Source of the DNA: a virus | Virus record (IMG/VR): IMGVR_UViG_3300042934_001067 | Location: 1-64,000 of that record | Length of the DNA: 64,000 bases | Direction: 5' to 3' (one strand) | Shown here: positions 17,671-26,204 of the stretch, in pieces | How positions within the stretch are numbered: the stretch's first letter is position 1 | Layout: every line of letters starts with the position of its first letter | Translations under genes and position numbers: made by a program | The notes under the pieces: generated by a model | The model's input: the letters and a program-made list of their open reading frames with translations, nothing else | Told to the model about the DNA's origin: nothing | Databases searched by the model: none

Positions 17671-18336
17671 TCAGTCTTGCTCGTACAGCGGGATCAGCGG
17701 AGCGCGAATTACTTCAATGTCGTCGAACGACGGCGGCGTGTGCCCGGCCCGGGACAGGATCTCGATCAGCGGATCCGTGGCCGGGGGGATCAGGTACGCC
17801 ACCGAGTCTTCGTCCTCGACGGCCGCGCGCGCCAGGTTGTACGCCGTACCGGTCTCGCGCTGGTACGGCGTGCCGAAGCCGGTGCGCAGCGTGGTGCGCT
17901 GCGGCACGCGCAACTGCAGGCGCTCGCCGGTGGCGCGCATGGCGTAGTCGCCGCTGTGCACCCGGAAGTCGCTGGTGGTTTCCAGGTGGACTTCCTGTGG
18001 AGTGACGACGCCGCGCGCGGTGAAGCTCTGGCTGTCGTCGGCGTCGGTGAAGATGGCCGGGCGCACGATCAGGGCCCGGTAGCCGCCCTCGAAGCGGGTG
18101 CCGAAGCAGGAGGGGCACTTGTTCCGTGATGCCTGCCCGTAAGCCTTCGAGATGCGGTCGCTGGCGCACACCGTGCACAGGCCGACCAGCTGGTTCTCGT
18201 AGTCCTTCGCCGTCCAGAGCAGGCAGAACATGACGTTCTCGCCGAGCATGTGCAGCGCCTGGCTGTGCCTGAGCCGCTCCTGGTCGACGGCCCACGCCTG
18301 CTTCGAGCGGACGTACTCGCCCCGGACGGTGCTCAC
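17671..18336 (-). CDS. Head closure / neck protein with Zn finger
   Basis: CTVC...CPSCFGTRFEGGY; position after adaptor. Confidence 0.6.
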   Translation of the reverse strand: MSTVRGEYVRSKQAWAVDQERLRHSQALHMLGENVMFCLLWTAKDYENQLVGLCTVCASDRISKAYGQASRNKCPSCFGTRFEGGYRALIVRPAIFTDADDSQSFTARGVVTPQEVHLETTSDFRVHSGDYAMRATGERLQLRVPQRTTLRTGFGTPYQRETGTAYNLARAAVEDEDSVAYLIPPATDPLIEILSRAGHTPPSFDDIEVIRAPLIPLYEQD

Positions 18337-18893
18337 GGCGTCAGGTACCCGGCGGTGCGCAGGGAGGCCAGCAGCGTGTTGACGCCGGTCACGATCGCCG
18401 CTGCGTCGGCGTCGGCGGCGAGATCCGCGACGGCAGCCGCCTTCGGCAGCCGGTCGGCTGCGAAGGTGCCCGAGCCGACCTGCGAGGCTGGGAGGGAGGG
18501 GATCCGCGCGACGGCGAGCGTTCCTGAGCCGATCTGCGAGGCGGGCAGCGAGGGGATCCGTGCCGCCGCGAAGGTGCCCGAGGTGACGTCACCGGCCGCG
18601 TGCGTGTGCGTCGCCGCAGCGGCCCCCACGGCGGCGGCCGTGTGCGTGTGTCCCTCCGGCGCTGCATCGACATCCTCGGCGTCCAGGATGACGACGCCCG
18701 TCTGGGCGTTGACCGACTCCACTCCACCGCCGCCAGTCGGCGTCACCGAGGAGAAGAAGGCCACCAGGTTCGCCGACGGGATGACGGCGAACTGCTCGTC
18801 GGAGAGCGTGACTTCGTCACCGCCGTCGTAGATACCCCCGTTGGGCAGGGCGATCTGGGAGAGGCCCACCTTGAGGACCACTTTGTACGGCAT
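18333..18893 (-). CDS. Head fibre-like protein with 15-aa repeats
   Basis: VESVNAQTGVV, HTH repeats, tandem RIPSLPASQ(I/V)GSGT, C-terminal NTLLASLRTAGYL. Confidence 0.65.
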   Translation of the reverse strand: MPYKVVLKVGLSQIALPNGGIYDGGDEVTLSDEQFAVIPSANLVAFFSSVTPTGGGGVESVNAQTGVVILDAEDVDAAPEGHTHTAAAVGAAAATHTHAAGDVTSGTFAAARIPSLPASQIGSGTLAVARIPSLPASQVGSGTFAADRLPKAAAVADLAADADAAAIVTGVNTLLASLRTAGYLTP

Positions 18894-18903
18894 AAGTTAC
18901 CTC

Positions 18904-19779
18904 TTAGTAGAATCGGGTCAACCAGCGCGGCCGGGCCGCCTCGGACAGCGGCAGCCGCGTCGGGCCCCAGCGGCCGTACGCGCCGCCGGACACCAGCACC
19001 CGCGCGGTCCCGAGACCCATGTGCGAGATCTTGAAGACGTCGAGCTGCTGCTTCAGCACCGGCTCCTCGACCGCCAGAACCTCCTCCCACCGGTCCTTGT
19101 AGTCCCGGCGGTCCAGCCGCGAGACCCCCGAGCCGGACTGCACCTCCGGCTGCTCGACGTACGAGCGGACCAGGTGCCGCAGGCACTCCACGTACAGCGC
19201 CGACTCCAGCAGCGACCCCCACTTGGCCACCGGGAACGAGGCCCCGCCGTCACCGTCGATCGTGTAGGTCTGGTACGGCTGCGCCATCGTGTTCAGACGG
19301 CCCACAGCGATCCTGAGCAGCTGCGCGAGCCGGTTCCGGCCGAAGTTCGACTGGATGTAGGTCTGTAGGTGAGGGCCCTCGGTGGCGTAGTCGAACAGGT
19401 CGCTGAAGCGGTTCCAGGTGGTCTCGATGATCCCCTTCATCGGATCCGCCAGGACGTCGTACTCCGGCGCGGTCTTGCCGACCTCCAGCCAGACCCGCCA
19501 CTCCTCGTCCGACCCGCCCACCGCGTACGTCCACACCAGCACGTACGGGCCCGGAGTGGCCGTCTCCTTCGACGTCAGCCGCACCGAGTACTTCCCGGCC
19601 CCCGGATGGTCCGCAGCCCGCGAGAACACCTCTGTGGCCGCGTCGTCGTCATGCAGCAGCGCCACCATGACCGGCCCGTCCGCGTCCCCCGGCAGCCCCT
19701 GCCGCATGACCTGCAGCCCGAACTCCGCAGCCCCGTACCGTGAGACGTACGCCCGGTCCGTGTACTCGTCGGCCGCCAT
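18904..19779 (-). CDS. Head-tail adaptor-like virion protein
   Basis: Start MAADEY coupled to upstream stop (TGATG at 19779); position in neck cluster. Confidence 0.6.
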   Translation of the reverse strand: MAADEYTDRAYVSRYGAAEFGLQVMRQGLPGDADGPVMVALLHDDDAATEVFSRAADHPGAGKYSVRLTSKETATPGPYVLVWTYAVGGSDEEWRVWLEVGKTAPEYDVLADPMKGIIETTWNRFSDLFDYATEGPHLQTYIQSNFGRNRLAQLLRIAVGRLNTMAQPYQTYTIDGDGGASFPVAKWGSLLESALYVECLRHLVRSYVEQPEVQSGSGVSRLDRRDYKDRWEEVLAVEEPVLKQQLDVFKISHMGLGTARVLVSGGAYGRWGPTRLPLSEAARPRWLTRFY

Positions 19780-20438
19780 CAGGTGTCCGTCGAGTTCACG
19801 AGCTGCGCCGTACCACGCGCCGTCACCAGGCGGGCCGAGCCCGTCTTCGTCGTCGACCCCAGCTGGGTCCACATGTGGATGCCGAAGTTGTGACTGCCCG
19901 CGCTGACCGAGCGCATGCCCATCACCGGCACCATGTACGTCCGCTGCCAGCCGGATCCGGACGTGTGCACCTGCTCCACGCGGATGTAGGAGCCGCCGTC
20001 GCCCAGCAGCGCGTCCGCGCCGTCGATCTGCGTCCGGAAGTAGATGTTCATCGTGTACAGCGACTGGACCGCGACCTCGACCGCCAGGTTCACCAGCAGC
20101 GACCCCGGCCGGTTCAGGCTGAACGTGCCCAGCTTGTAGTAGACGTGGGAGTCCAGGCCCAGCGTGATGTTCGGCCGCGCGTACCCGGAGAACACCGGCG
20201 GCGCCGTCAGCACCTCACGCCACTGCGTCCCCCGCCACTCCAGCTCCCGCCGCGTGTCCGTCTCGTAGATCCGCATCCCGGACTGCGCCGGGCCCCACGC
20301 GGGCCGCGACTGCGACGTGCAGATGAAGGCCCCCGGGTAGGCGTCCAGGCGCGCGCTGTTGTCGTTGAAGTCGCCACGCAGGAAGGGGTCGGACTGGTCG
20401 AACGTCTTCAGCCCCAGCCGTGGTGTCGTACCGCTCAT
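19779..20438 (-). CDS. Minor fibre-like virion protein
   Basis: TTPRLGL...DFNDNSARLD, RP...GMRIYETDT..ELEWRGTQW, typical actinophage fibre motifs. Confidence 0.65.
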   Translation of the reverse strand: MSGTTPRLGLKTFDQSDPFLRGDFNDNSARLDAYPGAFICTSQSRPAWGPAQSGMRIYETDTRRELEWRGTQWREVLTAPPVFSGYARPNITLGLDSHVYYKLGTFSLNRPGSLLVNLAVEVAVQSLYTMNIYFRTQIDGADALLGDGGSYIRVEQVHTSGSGWQRTYMVPVMGMRSVSAGSHNFGIHMWTQLGSTTKTGSARLVTARGTAQLVNSTDT

Positions 20439-20462
20439 CGGATGCCCTCTCCTCGGTCGCCT

Positions 20463-20497
20463 TCGCCCCTTGGCGGCCGATGACCGGGCACGAACAG
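20463..20497 (-). promoter_or_regulatory. Late promoter motif 8
   Basis: CTGT-N22-AAGGGGCGA. Confidence 0.7.
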
Positions 20498-20548
20498 CAA
20501 GCAGCCCCGTCCCACAGTCGCGGGACGGGGCTGCTGGACCAGCTGAAC

Positions 20549-21559
20549 TCAGACCACGGTGTACGCGTCAGACGCGGACGAAGTGGCGTTCTGCAGCTGG
20601 CCGATCGCGGTGACCGTGAACGTGACCTCGTCGTCCACCGTCAGACCGGCCACGTTGGCCGTCAGCACCGCCGGGCCGACGTGCACGGTCTGGCCTGAGG
20701 ATGCCTTCACGTCGTAGCCGCCCGACGGCTGGCCGCTGGAGGGAGCCGTCCACGTCACCGTGGCCGTCCCCGCCGTCCCCTGCGCGGTCACGGTCGGCTT
20801 GCCCGGCGCCGACGGCGCACCGTACGAGCCCGGCACGATCGTCCCGTCCTGCCGGTAGATCGGGTTCACCGCGTTGTCCGGGGCCAGCGACGTCGGACGG
20901 ATCAGGTCCTCGTTCGACGGTGCCACCGAAGCCGCCGACCAGGCCGAGTACGGGCCCGTGCCGTTGCGGTTGCCCGCACGCACACGGAACTTCTGCGCCC
21001 GGCCGCCGGTGACGTTCTCGAACCGCAGCGTCGTCTTGTCAGCACCCGCGTAGAAGTGCCCGCCGGAGTCCGACTCCACGACGTACTGCAGCACCGGCGC
21101 GTCGGCGGCCGGGTCGGCCACGGCTGCCCACGACACCTGCACGTAGCGGTCGCCGGAGACAGCCGACGGCGCGTTCGGCGCCACCGGGACGGCCGTCGAA
21201 CCCACCGGCACCGCGCCGAGGTTCGACGTGTCCAGCGTGCCGTCCATCCACAGGTCTGGGTTGATCAGCTCTTCCAGGCCGTTGCCGACCGGAGAGTCCG
21301 TCAGCGTCGTGTCTTTGTTGCTCGCCGGAGGCGGCCCCGACGGCGGCTTGTACGCGGGGTACACGTCGTTGACGGTGCCCGCCAGCGTGTCCCTCGTCCC
21401 CAGGATCGGCGTCGGTGTCGGCTCCCACCCCTGAGCGTCCACCAGGCCCGCACCGCTGGTGTCGGGCTGCGTGACCGCCACGGGTCCCGAACCCGGCTCA
21501 CCCTTGGTGCCGACCGCCGCGTCGGTCTCGTACGTGCCGGTCACATCCGTAGCGGCCAT
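20549..21559 (-). CDS. Virion protein with two fibronectin type III domains
   Basis: PNAPSAVSGDRYVQVSW...FRVRAGNRNGTGPYS and PSAPGKPTVTA...VTWTAP...FTVTA. Confidence 0.85.
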   Translation of the reverse strand: MAATDVTGTYETDAAVGTKGEPGSGPVAVTQPDTSGAGLVDAQGWEPTPTPILGTRDTLAGTVNDVYPAYKPPSGPPPASNKDTTLTDSPVGNGLEELINPDLWMDGTLDTSNLGAVPVGSTAVPVAPNAPSAVSGDRYVQVSWAAVADPAADAPVLQYVVESDSGGHFYAGADKTTLRFENVTGGRAQKFRVRAGNRNGTGPYSAWSAASVAPSNEDLIRPTSLAPDNAVNPIYRQDGTIVPGSYGAPSAPGKPTVTAQGTAGTATVTWTAPSSGQPSGGYDVKASSGQTVHVGPAVLTANVAGLTVDDEVTFTVTAIGQLQNATSSASDAYTVV

Positions 21560-21573
21560 CGCAGCCCGTCTCC

Positions 21574-21855
21574 CTACTTCTCGGCAGGCGCGGACGCCTG
21601 CGTCTTCTTCGCCACGCGCTTACGCGGGGCTGCCTTCTCCTCGGCCGCCTGTTCGGCCACCGAGGGAACGGTTTCGGCCACCTTCTCCGGCTCCGGCTCG
21701 GGCTCGGGCTCCGGCTCGGGCTCGGGCTCGACGGCCTCCGTCACCGGCGCCCCGAAGGCCACCGCCACGTTGTGGAGGCTCTCGTACGGACTCCCGCCGA
21801 CACCCGAGGTGTCGAGAGTCCCGGTGAGCAGCAGACGCCGCTCGTGCTCGCTCAT
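21574..21855 (-). CDS. Small protein with (EP)n repeat
   Basis: MSEHERR...EPEPEPEPEPEPE...RKRVAKK. Confidence 0.6.
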   Translation of the reverse strand: MSEHERRLLLTGTLDTSGVGGSPYESLHNVAVAFGAPVTEAVEPEPEPEPEPEPEPEKVAETVPSVAEQAAEEKAAPRKRVAKKTQASAPAEK

Positions 21856-21868
21856 GGACACGGAAGAA

Positions 21869-22252
21869 TCAGCCCTTCTGCAGCGGGTCGATGACCACGC
21901 GCACGTCGCGGTCCACCTTGTTGTAGGAGTTCGACTCCTCGTCGTACACGTAGTCCACACGCACCGCCGTCAGCGGCTTGTTGCCCACCGGCTCGCGCGG
22001 CTGTACAGCACCCAGGACCCGCTGCAGCTCCTCGTCACCCGAGATGTTGTCGTCGACCACCAGCACGCCGCGCTTGACCGCCTTGACCAGCGGAGCCTGG
22101 AACGCGGTGTCCCGAGAGACGATCTTGACGTCCTCGCCGGACGGGTCGCCCTTCGCCTCGAAGCGCAGGTACGACTTCGGACGGTCGGCGTCCGGGGTCA
22201 CGACCACGACACCGTTCGACGGGTTGGAGATCTGGAGCTGCTGGACCGGCAT
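21869..22252 (-). CDS. Hypothetical head-region protein
   Basis: 127 aa, GAGGAGG RBS, late promoter upstream. Confidence 0.7.
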   Translation of the reverse strand: MPVQQLQISNPSNGVVVVTPDADRPKSYLRFEAKGDPSGEDVKIVSRDTAFQAPLVKAVKRGVLVVDDNISGDEELQRVLGAVQPREPVGNKPLTAVRVDYVYDEESNSYNKVDRDVRVVIDPLQKG

Positions 22253-22284
22253 GGTGCCTCCTCAGACAAGGGACGGAGCTTCCG

Positions 22285-22319
22285 TCACCCCTTGAGGAGG
22301 CCAGGTGCACCCCAGACAG
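22285..22319 (-). promoter_or_regulatory. Late promoter motif 9
   Basis: CTGT-N22-AAGGGGTGA. Confidence 0.75.
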
Positions 22320-22401
22320 CACTCGACCCCCGGGAAGGGGGAACCCGGGGGTCGAGCTGGCGGCCGGAGAACGGAGCCGCACGAGGGCCCACCACAAACC
22401 C

Positions 22402-22436
22402 TCACCCCCTACAGGCGGGTGGGAGGCAGGGGACAG
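22402..22436 (-). promoter_or_regulatory. Late promoter motif 10 (no ORF directly downstream)
   Basis: CTGT-N22-AGGGGGTGA followed by about 80 nt ending in hairpin 22322-22356. Confidence 0.6.
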
Positions 22437-22521
22437 CACCGGTGGCTGAATTTACTCTCCGCACTCAGAAAATCACCGAACCGGCTTCACAGCGGGCTGA
22501 GACTCTGCCAAGGTGAGAATA

Positions 22522-22710
22522 TGTCACCCGCCAAGATGACCCGAGACCGCCAGCGGTGACCCTCACTCCCCTTCGGGGGTGAGGGCTCACGGGGCCCCGG
22601 TCGCCAGCCCACGCGACCGCGCGAGGCCATGAGCACACCGTGGCGGCGGCCGACCCCTGAAGCGTGGGCAACGCGAAGGCCCTCCCCAGACGACATGGGG
22701 AGGGCCTTCG
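22522..22710 (+). ncRNA. Candidate structured RNA C
   Basis: GAGAAT -10-like box 22515-20; long c(UUCG)g hairpin 22556-22590; two more hairpins; terminator-like stem 22674-22710; two CCGCCA motifs. Confidence 0.4.
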
Positions 22711-22755
22711 ACGATCATGCCAGAAGGGAAGAGCTGGGGATTCCCCAGCCGCGCC

Positions 22756-23745
22756 CTACGACTTGTCGATCCGCGCGAGCCCGCGCGGGTTGAGGATGAG
22801 CATCGAGATCATCTCGTCGAAGACCCAGCCCTTCCAGAAGCTCTCGACCCGGTGGTTCTCTTCCACGTCGAGGCTGTACAGGACGGGGAAGACGCCCAGG
22901 AACTGCGGGTCCGGCGTCAGGAACGTCTGCCCCTGCGGGATGACGATGGACCGCTGGATCTGGAACTCGCCGAACGAGGTGATCGTCTCGCCCGCGACGA
23001 CCCTGTCCTTGAACGCCCAACCGGTCTGGTTGATGTCCCACCGGTACATGTCCCGGTAGTCCATCGGGTTGATGAGGATCCGGCTGGACTGCAGCTCGTG
23101 CATGTCGGTCATGGAGACCGCGCTGTAGAGCGAGCCCGGGGTCAGGTAGCCGGAGGCCTCGGTGATGACGTGGTTCGGGGTGACCGTGTGGTCGGCCCGG
23201 CCCGCGTAGTCGGAGATGGCGGCCTGCAGGATGGTGACGAGGCGGCTGTCCTCCTGCTTGAGGATGGCCTGCTTGGTCTCGTCCTGGGCCTGCTCGACGG
23301 CGTTGATCCGCAGGTAGAGCAGGTCTTCCTTGCGGATGGCCGGGCGGGAGGCGATGCGGAAGAACCGCACCTGGATCCGCTTGCCCTCGAAGGGGGTGAT
23401 GCGGACCTCGCCGTCGGTCCCGGACATGATGTACGCCTGCCCGAGGTCGTCCCAGACGTCGTACTCGACCGGCGTACCGGGAGTGCAGGGGTCCTCGACG
23501 AGGACGTTGCGGGTGATGCCCTGGTAGCGCAGCTTGAGCTGGATCGGGCCGATCATGCCGACGCCGAGGCGCTTGATGCCGTTGACCTGGTCGGAGGCGA
23601 CGGCCTGGAGGCGCTGCTGCTTGGCTTCGAAGGTCAGCGGCTGGCCGCCTCGGGCCTCGCGGCGGGCGAGGATCTCGGAGACGTAGTCGTCCGACTTCTT
23701 CGCGGTGACGCCGCCCTTGTGCCCGGTGGTGAGCGTTGCGGTCAT
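22756..23745 (-). CDS. Major capsid protein (HK97 fold)
   Basis: 329 aa after decoration gene; IGPIQLKLRYQGITRNVL, QAILKQEDSRL, GWVFDEMISMLILNPRGLA. Confidence 0.88.
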   Translation of the reverse strand: MTATLTTGHKGGVTAKKSDDYVSEILARREARGGQPLTFEAKQQRLQAVASDQVNGIKRLGVGMIGPIQLKLRYQGITRNVLVEDPCTPGTPVEYDVWDDLGQAYIMSGTDGEVRITPFEGKRIQVRFFRIASRPAIRKEDLLYLRINAVEQAQDETKQAILKQEDSRLVTILQAAISDYAGRADHTVTPNHVITEASGYLTPGSLYSAVSMTDMHELQSSRILINPMDYRDMYRWDINQTGWAFKDRVVAGETITSFGEFQIQRSIVIPQGQTFLTPDPQFLGVFPVLYSLDVEENHRVESFWKGWVFDEMISMLILNPRGLARIDKS

Positions 23746-23784
23746 GGTGTGTGTCCTTGTTCCTCTCGCTCGGCTCGGGCGCGG

Positions 23785-24297
23785 TTAGCGCAGGCCGCCG
23801 ACGGTGATCTTGGAGGCGCTGTTGACCTTGAGCAGGCGGCCGACAGCCTGGGCGGAGATGGCGGTGGCGACAGAGCCGTTGGTGGCGAGGGCGAGCTTGC
23901 CCCGGCCGGTCCCGGCGGTGATCGCGTAGACGAGCTTCTCGGTGCCGTCGGCGGGGTCGACCCAGGCCTGGGTGTCGTCGAAGGCCGGGGCGAGGACCTC
24001 GAACTCAGCGTCGGCGCCGGGGACCCAGACGGCGGTGGCGTTGACGCCGACGTCCAGGAGCGGGTCGAAGCCGTCTCCGCCGACGTAGTCGGCCGCGAAA
24101 CCGTAGGGGACCTGGTTCGGGCCGATGAGGGTGACCAGCTCGCCGCTGGTGCGGGCGAGGACCATGCCCGGGTAGATCGGGACGCTGCGGTTCCAGGCCG
24201 GGTCGAGGAAGACGGACTTGGGAGTCGCCTGCGTCCACGCGTACAGCGGTCGCAGGGTCCTCTTGATGTGGGCAAGGTTGGCCCTCACGCGGATCAT
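23785..24297 (-). CDS. Capsid decoration / cement protein
   Basis: 170 aa directly upstream of MCP; IYPGMVL motif, beta-rich. Confidence 0.65.
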   Translation of the reverse strand: MIRVRANLAHIKRTLRPLYAWTQATPKSVFLDPAWNRSVPIYPGMVLARTSGELVTLIGPNQVPYGFAADYVGGDGFDPLLDVGVNATAVWVPGADAEFEVLAPAFDDTQAWVDPADGTEKLVYAITAGTGRGKLALATNGSVATAISAQAVGRLLKVNSASKITVGGLR

Positions 24298-24314
24298 GAC
24301 GTACAGTCCTCTCT

Positions 24315-25112
24315 ATGAATGGACGGTGTCGCTGTTCCCCGGACTGCACGGTTGAGTTCGGGAAGTGTCATTGCGGGTGCGGTAGATCCACCCGCATCGC
24401 TCCTCAAACGGCCACCGACAGAGGGTGGGTAAAAGGGGAGCCGATTCCCTTCTGCAAGGGGCATTCGGGGCGCGTACTCCGAAAGAAGCACGTGCTCAGC
24501 GAAATCGACCTGAGAAGCAGAGTCGCTACCTGTGAGGTGTGTGGCCCCACCGCGATCAAGAAGAACGGAACTGACCCGACCACTGGCGAGCAGCGATGGA
24601 AGTGCCACGGGGGGCTTTCCTCCATGCACCGCCTCTCCGAAGTCGACGAGGCCAACAGAACTGCTTGGTGCAGTGCGTGTCGAACCCGAGTCGCCTTCAA
24701 CAGGAGCGGGGCCCGAATCCTCTGCAACGTGGCTGCCAGGCGGCGTGACAGTGCCTACCGAGAGGCCAACAAGCAGAGAATCAAGGACGTCAGTGATGTG
24801 TGGCGCGAGGCCAACCGGGAGCGTCTCAGGGAGCAGTACCGGAAGCGCAAGTACGGACTCACCAATGCCGAGTTCGCGGCCCTCGTTGAAGAACAGGGCG
24901 GAGTCTGCGCAATCTGCGGCAGGCCGCCCTCCGGTGAGGGGCGCGAAAAGGAACTCCACATCGACCACTGCCACAGCAGCGGCGCTGTCAGAGGTCTTCT
25001 CTGCGAGCACTGCAACCGAGGCATAGGACTGTTCCGAGACGACCCGGAGATCCTGAAGAAGGCTGCCATCTACGTTGGTCGAGACCATCCTGTGGTGGCA
25101 CCTCCTTCCTGA
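24315..25112 (+). CDS. Endonuclease VII-family (HNH) free-standing homing endonuclease
   Basis: YGLT..EF...QGGVCAIC...LHIDHCHSSGAVRGLLCEHCNRGIGLFRDDPEIL; N-terminal CHCGCG and two repeated H.LSE.D...R.A.C..C units; lower GC. Confidence 0.88.
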   Translation: MNGRCRCSPDCTVEFGKCHCGCGRSTRIAPQTATDRGWVKGEPIPFCKGHSGRVLRKKHVLSEIDLRSRVATCEVCGPTAIKKNGTDPTTGEQRWKCHGGLSSMHRLSEVDEANRTAWCSACRTRVAFNRSGARILCNVAARRRDSAYREANKQRIKDVSDVWREANRERLREQYRKRKYGLTNAEFAALVEEQGGVCAICGRPPSGEGREKELHIDHCHSSGAVRGLLCEHCNRGIGLFRDDPEILKKAAIYVGRDHPVVAPPS

Positions 25113-25124
25113 ATCTGCGGGTCT

Positions 25125-25160
25125 TCACCCCCTAGGGGCGGGCAACTGCTAGTGGGACAG
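25125..25160 (-). promoter_or_regulatory. Late promoter motif 11 (decoration/MCP operon)
   Basis: CTGT-N23-AGGGGGTGA. Confidence 0.65.
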
Positions 25161-25193
25161 GGACTGGTGGCAAGGAATTTTTGGGGCGGGTAT

Positions 25194-25229
25194 GACGAAG
25201 GGCCCGGGCTCCCCGCCGGGCCCTTCGTC
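25194..25229 (-). terminator. Terminator after scaffold gene
   Basis: GACGAAGGGCCCGG...CCGGGCCCTTCGTC. Confidence 0.7.
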
Positions 25230-25241
25230 TGCAGGGGTGTG

Positions 25242-26141
25242 TCAGTCGACGAACAGGTCGGTCAGTTCCTGCTCGCTGCCTGCCGGTGCGGCGGAGGCGG
25301 CTGAGGCGGTGACCTGGGAGGCCAGGGACGGCGCGACGCGCTCGGTGCCGCGCGAGGCGACGCGGGCGCTGCCGGTGGGGGTGGTGGCGCGGGAGGCGGT
25401 CTTGACGCGCTCCAGGACACCGATCTCGTAGTTGATCATGGTGTCGCTGAGGTTGGTGTTGGCCTCCAGGCTGGCCGCGACAGTGAGGTCGTCGCCCTTG
25501 GCCAGTCCGGCCTGGACCTGGAGGCGGGCCAGACGCAGGCAGGCGTGGGTGCGGCTGGGGCTGGGAGCGGAGCCGCCGCCGGTCTGGGACATCTCGCCGT
25601 CCTTCGGCGGGGCCGAGTTGGACTGGTTCTCGCTGATGGTCCAGGGGAAGGCGACCTCGGGCTGCATCGGGTCGCCGACGCGGACGTCGGTCTCGATGCG
25701 GAGGGACTCCGGCGGGGTGTGGGCCTCGTCGAGGTGGCCGGAGACCGGCGCGGTGACGTCGGCGAGGTTGTTGTAGGGCGGGGTGGGGATGGTGGCGCCC
25801 GGGGTGAGGGCGGTGTCGGTGGCGGCGGCCGGGACTCCGGCGGTGGAGTTGCCGGTCTGGCCCGGGGCGCGGGGGTCGTCGTTGGTCTCGGGGGTGGCGG
25901 CCTGCTCGGTCGTCTCGGACGGGGCCTGCGGGGCGGGGTCCGGGATGGGCTGGGCCGGGTTGGCGATGTCGGCGGTCTTGGCGAGGGCGTCGACCTCGTC
26001 GGTGACTCCGGCCAGGCGGGCGATGAGGGCGATCTGCTCGCCCTGCACCTTCAGCAGGGTGGCCTGCTTGGCGAGCTGCTGGCGCTGGTCGTTGATGACG
26101 GCCTGCTGCGCGGTCACGGCGGTCATGAGCGGTCGGCTCAT
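25242..26141 (-). CDS. Scaffolding protein
   Basis: Between protease and capsid genes; coiled-coil N-terminus, low complexity, C-terminal ELTDLFVD. Confidence 0.65.
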   Translation of the reverse strand: MSRPLMTAVTAQQAVINDQRQQLAKQATLLKVQGEQIALIARLAGVTDEVDALAKTADIANPAQPIPDPAPQAPSETTEQAATPETNDDPRAPGQTGNSTAGVPAAATDTALTPGATIPTPPYNNLADVTAPVSGHLDEAHTPPESLRIETDVRVGDPMQPEVAFPWTISENQSNSAPPKDGEMSQTGGGSAPSPSRTHACLRLARLQVQAGLAKGDDLTVAASLEANTNLSDTMINYEIGVLERVKTASRATTPTGSARVASRGTERVAPSLASQVTASAASAAPAGSEQELTDLFVD

Positions 26142-26204
26142 ACTGGGTGCTCCTTCAAAGCCTCGGTGCTCACGACGGTTGCCGTGGGCGGTCTTCGTCT
26201 CTTG

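Noticed and set aside
17641-17674. AAGGGGTA upstream of thyX as a 20th late promoter
   Set aside because: It sits at RBS distance from the ATG and the upstream element is CTGA, not CTGT
18440-18620. Repeats in the fibre gene as DGR template/variable repeats
   Set aside because: In-frame coding repeats; no reverse transcriptase in the window
24298-25124. Group I intron carrying the EndoVII ORF
   Set aside because: ORF is antisense, fills the whole insert, interrupts no CDS and leaves no room for a ribozyme core
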